The notes below the pieces were generated by a model. That model was not told the origin of the DNA. It saw only the letters and a program-made list of their open reading frames with translations, and did not search any database. DNA of 64,000 bases from Octopus sinensis (taxonomy: Eukaryota), in assembly GCF_006345805.1 (NCBI RefSeq), contig NC_043002.1, positions 109,306,001 to 109,370,000 on the forward strand, in the 5' to 3' direction. The position numbers and the translations under genes were made by a program. Shown piece after piece: positions 58,726 through 64,000 of the stretch. Numbering within the stretch: the stretch's first letter is position 1; every line of letters begins with the position of its first letter.

Positions 58726-60435
58726 ATGTATCAGAAAGGGAGCAAACCTTACAAATGTGATATTTGTGGCAAAGATCTTACTACAAAATCTAATTTAGCT
58801 ATTCATAGGCGCACTCATACAGGGGAAAAGCCATACCGCTGTGAAGTATGTGAGAGGGCATTCTCTGTAAAAGGAAATTTAAGAGAACACAAACGTACAC
58901 ATACAGGAGAGAAACCATTTCACTGTGAAATATGTGGAAAATCATTTTCTGATAAAGGTTACATAAAGATTCACAAACGTACACACACTGGAGAGAAACC
59001 ATACCACTGTGAAATCTGTGGCAAAGCATTTTCACAGTTTCATAATGTGAGAAGTCATCAACTTATTCACACTGGAGAAAAGCGATTCAATTGTGAAATC
59101 TGTGGCAAGCCATTTTCTCGACTTGGTAATTTAAAAAGGCATAAACGTACCCATACTGGGGAGAAGCCATACAGGTGTGATGATTGTGGGAAAGCTTTTT
59201 CTAATTTGAGTGAATGTGAAACACACAGAGGTGTACACTCAAAACCTTACCACTGTGAAATCTGTGATAAAGCATTTTCTGTAAAAGTGTCTTTAACAAT
59301 ACACAAACGTGTTCACACTGGAGAGAAACCATATCATTGTGAAGTATGTGGGAAAGGATTTACAAGTAGTGGTACCTTAATAAGGCATAAACGTACTCAC
59401 ACAGGGGAAAAACGACACCACTGTGAAATCTGTGGGAAATCATTTACTGAAAAATTTATTTTAACATTACACAAACGAATTCACACAGGAGAGAAACCAT
59501 ATCACTGTGAGGTTTGCGGAAAAGACTTTTCTGATAGGTGCAGCTTAAAGAAACACAATCGTATTCATACTGGAGAAAAACCACATCACTGTGAAATCTG
59601 TGGCAAAGCATTTTCTCAAAATGGGACTTTAAAAAGACACAGACGTATTCACACAGGAGAGAAACCATATCGCTGTTTAATATGTGGAAAAAAATTTTCA
59701 CTGAAGCCAAACTTAACAGCTCATACCCGTCTTCATACTGGGGAAAAGCCACACTACTGTGAAATCTGTGGAAAAGCATTTTCTGAAAAATCTGTCCTAT
59801 TAGTTCATAAACGCACTCATACTGGAGAAAAACCATATCAGTGTGAGGTTTGTGGGAAGAAATTTGCCAATACTGGCAGCTTGAATGTACATAAACGTAC
59901 ACACACTGGAGAGAAATCACACCACTGTGAAATCTGTGGCAAAACATTTTCTGTAAATGATCAGTTAAAAAGACACAGACGTATTCACACAGGAGAGAAA
60001 CCATATCGCTGTTTAATATGTGGAAAAAAATTTTCACTTCAGCCCAACTTAACAGTTCATACCCGTCGTCATACCGGGGAAAAGCCACACTACTGTGAAA
60101 TCTGTGGCAAAGCATTTTCTGAAAAATCTGTCCTATTAGTTCATAAACGCACTCATACTGGAGAAAAACCATATCAGTGTGAAGTTTGTGGGAAGAAATT
60201 TTCCAGTCATGGCAACTTTAACGGACATAAACGTACACACACTGGAGAGAAACCTCACCACTGTGAAATCTGTGGCAAAGCATTTTCTAACTTGAGATGT
60301 TTAATAAGACACAAGCGTATTCATACTGGGGAAAAACCATACAGCTGTGTTATTTGTGGGAAATCATTTAATCGCAGTGATTATATATCAACTCATAAAT
60401 GTACTTTTAATGATGGAGATAAACCTTACCACTGA
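58726..60435 (+). CDS. C2H2 zinc-finger protein, paralog 9 (19 C2H2 fingers plus a terminal atypical finger, 569 aa from the ATG)
   Basis: Intact ORF; acceptor at 58601/58602. It keeps TAC where the other paralogs have a stop, and carries a 336-nt (4-finger) internal duplication. Confidence 0.93.
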   Translation: MYQKGSKPYKCDICGKDLTTKSNLAIHRRTHTGEKPYRCEVCERAFSVKGNLREHKRTHTGEKPFHCEICGKSFSDKGYIKIHKRTHTGEKPYHCEICGKAFSQFHNVRSHQLIHTGEKRFNCEICGKPFSRLGNLKRHKRTHTGEKPYRCDDCGKAFSNLSECETHRGVHSKPYHCEICDKAFSVKVSLTIHKRVHTGEKPYHCEVCGKGFTSSGTLIRHKRTHTGEKRHHCEICGKSFTEKFILTLHKRIHTGEKPYHCEVCGKDFSDRCSLKKHNRIHTGEKPHHCEICGKAFSQNGTLKRHRRIHTGEKPYRCLICGKKFSLKPNLTAHTRLHTGEKPHYCEICGKAFSEKSVLLVHKRTHTGEKPYQCEVCGKKFANTGSLNVHKRTHTGEKSHHCEICGKTFSVNDQLKRHRRIHTGEKPYRCLICGKKFSLQPNLTVHTRRHTGEKPHYCEICGKAFSEKSVLLVHKRTHTGEKPYQCEVCGKKFSSHGNFNGHKRTHTGEKPHHCEICGKAFSNLRCLIRHKRIHTGEKPYSCVICGKSFNRSDYISTHKCTFNDGDKPYH

Positions 60436-60639
60436 CTTTTGTAGGAAAGTATAGTATAAAACCATTTTGTTGTGATATTTGCATTAAAGAATTTATGTAT
60501 ATGAATGTTATTAAATTGCTATAAATGTTTATAATATGTTTAGTGTATTCTTTGGAAGTTGTAAATTTTTCATTTTTAATGTTACTTGTTCGGTCATATA
60601 TATCATATGATATGGTTAGAGTGAGAAAACTCTTCTACT

Positions 60640-63600
60640 AGCAACCTGATAGCTTTAGAGATACGTACAGGACTTCATCGACTCTATGCAGTTCCTCAGG
60701 TATTGTCAAAGAGACAGGATCAAAGTGTACTATCAACACATAGAGCAGACATGACATGCAGGTAGATTATGGTGGCCACACATACAGTTGTAGATAGACT
60801 GAACCTCAACAGAAAACTTGAATGGAATAAGAACGTCACCCCTACTCCACCACACTGCCCAACCCGATGGCTAAAGACAAAATGAGAAGTAAACAGATAC
60901 GAACAAGATAATACATACATCCATATACACACAAACAAGACATAGTAATGACAGTGGGAAAGAAGAAAAAAATACAAAAGACCAACAATGTAGTAAGCAA
61001 ACGCATAGCTATACAGATGCTTATTGTTGCGCAGATAAGGATACATAACCGAGCCAGACAAAATGGAATAAGCAGGACAAGAAGAAACTTGGGATAGAGA
61101 ATCACTGAAGAGGTCACAAGATGTGGATGAAAGAGATTTAAGAAAGAAACTAGAATAACAATAAAGCTGAAGAGAAGACCAAGTGTGTGTTTAATTGGCA
61201 AAATATGATCATGTATAGCAATATGTGAAGCCCCATGGTTGTCATGGGGATATGGTGAGTATTCAGAAATGACACTATTGATTATATTATCATGGTTGAC
61301 ATGTATCTGGTTAGAGTGAGAAAACTGTTGTTACTACTACTAGCAACCCAGCAGAATTAGGGAGACATCCACTGCATGCAGATCCCTGGCTGCTATCAAA
61401 GGGATAGGATCAAAGTGTAGAAAGAACTTGGGATCTGCCCCCTTTACACAAATGAATCCTGGAATAGCATGAAGATTGATAAGGCTAACTAACTCTTGGC
61501 ATGGTAAGTAAAAATACCAGAGTATTCACCCTGTAGGTGAACAAACATCTTTTTGGGAAAACCTTAGATAAGATGAATTTATTTATTAAAGTAGTAGAAA
61601 GGCCAATGACCTCCATAAAATACCAGATCTGTAAAACGTATCCATTTGAGTGAACCACCTTTAAGGAGAGCAACAGTATTGTGTTTAGGATGAACCCACG
61701 GATAAACTGTAAAGTGAGGAATGTAGCTTAAAATATAAAGTGTAGTGAGGTATGGAAGAGAAAGAGGATATGACATACAATGGTGGAAGGTGAAGGAGAG
61801 AAGCTCATCAGCGCTCTACCAACATGCTCAATTAGGACATGAAGGCATGGTTAACATATTATCAACACATAGAGCAGGCATGACACTCAGATTATGGTGG
61901 CCACACATACAGTAATAGACTAAACCTCAACAGAAAACATGAATGGAATGACATCACCCCCACTGCACGACCTGATGGCTGAAGACAAAATGAGAAGAAA
62001 AGGAAACAAGATACCAACAGTATAATACATAAATTCATATACACACACACAAGACATACTAAAGACAATGAGAAAAGAAAAAATACAAGATCCAGATACA
62101 AATAATGTAGTAATCATACGGATATCCACACAAAACATGCACCCAGATACAGATTCAAATTGTTGCACATATATGGATACATATGAGAGAAATATAAAAT
62201 GGAATAAGCAGAACAAGAAGAGGCATGAAATAGAGAGTTACGGAAGAGGTCACAAGATGTGGGATGAAAGAGCTTTAAGAAAGAAACTAGAATAATGATA
62301 AATCTGAAGAGAAAACCAAATATATAGAAGGTGTTTAATTGGCAAAATATGACCATCATTATGTATAACAATATTATAACATTTTGATGTAAAGCCCCTT
62401 AGTTGTCATGAGGATATAGTGAGTATTCAGAAATGTGACTTGATTATATTATCATGGTTGACATGAATCTGGTGACATAGTAGTTTTGATTGTCTTGTAA
62501 ATCTAGCTAAACTATCGCAAGTAGCTGGAGATGCAGACACAGGGACTGAACTTTCCACTAATTCCATACTGCCATTGTTCCTTCAAACCACCCTCTAACA
62601 CTACCTAAATTCACCGTTGTAAGGATCTGCAACATTTAACCATATCATGACACCGGACAGCTATTCAGATGTGACATGAACTATTCCCTGCCACCCTCAC
62701 TAGGTTCAACCTGAATCTTCTCTGTCTTCATTTCTCTACATCAACTCATCTCCTCTCATCACACATTGCTAACTGATTCGTAATCATTCAAATAATCTTT
62801 ATATCTTTCTGATCCCCATACCCAATCCATAATCATCTTTGCACTTACTAAGTGAACTGATCCCTTTTCTATTGCAATAACCTGGACCTTTAAGTAGTTT
62901 GAGTAAAGTGAATAACCACAGCTGCACCAGTTATATTAACTATCTTAGAAATCATGTTATATGTCGGAGTGGTTGGCGTTAGGAAGGGCACCCAGCTGTA
63001 GAATCTCTGCCAGATCAGATTGGAGCCTGGTGCAGCCATCTGGTTCACCAGTCCTCAGTCAAATTGTCCAACCCTTGCTAGCATGGAAAGCGGACGTTAA
63101 ACGATGATGATGATGATGTCCGTCCATATCCCACATGGCCATGAATGCTTTTCTGATAGCATCACTCCAGCCGTTCAGACACAAAACAGCATCAACAATG
63201 CTTGAACCAAACCACCCATACCTGCAAACTTGATAATCCTTATCCAGTTCTTAAACTCCAACTGATCTTTGTATACCAAAAGGATCACTATTGACCATGA
63301 AGAATCGTTGTTCCTTTCATCTGTGAAACATTGTAATTCTCAGAATAGTTCTGTAGTAAAGGCTCTGCAACCAACTCTATTGTATAAACCGTTTCTCTCC
63401 ATTTCACCATGCGCACACACAGCCCGAGTTCTGAAGTTTCTCAGTTTACTGCAAACTTACCAAGGGCATTAACTCTAACAAAGTCCCTTCAGTGACCTAT
63501 CGCTACTCTACTGAAATATTCCCTATACTCACCAAAATCTTTTCCTCTCAGCCTGTGTTTCTGGGTGTGTCCTAATTAATGTTTACATTCTTGTTGAATT
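60640..63600 (-). pseudogene. Decayed antisense membrane-protein ORF (unit 9 copy, with internal duplication)
   Basis: 63300 to 63121 reads MVNSDPFGIQRSVGV*ELDKDYQVCRYGWFGSSIVDAVLCLNGWSDAIRKAFMAMWDMDG; hydrophobic ORFs at 61579-61776 and 62114-62371. Confidence 0.65.
62966..63115 (+). mobile_element. Short retroposon with RTE-like tail (same insertion as 30977-31122)
   Basis: TSD atgtc, (GAT)n tail, same insertion site. Confidence 0.8.
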
Positions 63601-63844
63601 TTACCTTCTAACCACTTTCTTAACCTTATATCAATTCGTACTCACTCTAACTACTCTTTTGTTTTCAAACGGCTCCCTACAGTCTTAAGAAGTCAGAAAA
63701 ATATCGCAGTTTTTCTACCAACGAATAGGTGTTTAAAATTTAAAAGCAACAACAAAACTCCAATAATATTAATCAACTGGTTTTAAAGACCGGATCCAGT
63801 TCCGTTGTACGTTTTCCATATTTCCCAAAGATTTTAATTTTATC

Positions 63845-64000
63845 TTAACACATAAAGTGCGCCGGGCCACGATCGTGGCCGTCAGACACAGGTCGATAGA
63901 TCACAATCGTGGCCCAGATAGATGCATTTAATTTATGGGCATTTGTTGAGGTCTAGCGTCACTCAAACGCGCCGATACCCCCCCCTCTCGCCAGAATGCA
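63845..64000. mobile_element. Start of a probable DNA transposon (piggyBac-like end)
   Basis: Spacer homology stops at a TTAA. A GC-richer sequence follows, with the perfect palindrome ggccacgatcgtggcc (63865-63880). Cut by the window edge. Confidence 0.4.

Noticed and set aside
59456-60172. Long minus-strand ORFs opposite the ZNF genes (also 27369-27944, 36486-36878, 9399-9782 and others)
   Set aside because: Shadow ORFs of the 84-nt finger repeat. They give repetitive HRFHS/MVSL peptides and have inconsistent boundaries between paralogs.
63195-63240. Minus-strand IKFAGMGGLVQAL resembling motif I (FxGxGG) of cytosine methyltransferases
   Set aside because: It is an alternative frame of the spacer pseudogene, has a stop just before FAG in other copies, and shows no PC or ENV motifs.

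Overview
Eukaryotic, AT-rich animal DNA, most likely from an octopus or other coleoid cephalopod (inferred from the SINE types and the C2H2 expansion). The window holds a tandem array of nine co-oriented, paralogous C2H2 zinc-finger genes. Each has one intact coding exon (seven with 12 fingers, one with 14, one with about 20) and no recognisable KRAB, SCAN, BTB or SET effector domain. The repeated unit is: promoter (CACGTGAC, CCAAT, GCCATCTT) plus a short first exon; a transposon-laden intron; a conserved acceptor tttcag|gacatat; the ZNF ORF; a silenced 4-finger tail; then about 2.5 kb of spacer that reads on the minus strand as a decayed ORF for an unidentified multi-pass membrane protein. 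Notable points: (i) finger types are shuffled between paralogs in a mosaic pattern, with variation focused on the recognition helices; (ii) all paralogs have a 2-residue-short linker (H-SKP) splitting the array; (iii) eight genes stop at the same ancestral Tyr codon, yet in two of them the tail stays open in frame for 102 and 118 codons; (iv) two intact coding exons have no promoter or first exon of their own and may be alternative terminal exons of the upstream gene; (v) several first introns carry strong fold-back elements. Mobile DNA includes RTE and CR1-type LINE fragments, tRNA-derived SINEs, Helitron-like elements, MITEs, and pogo-like and Merlin-like transposase fragments. No CRISPR array, rRNA or genuine tRNA gene was seen.
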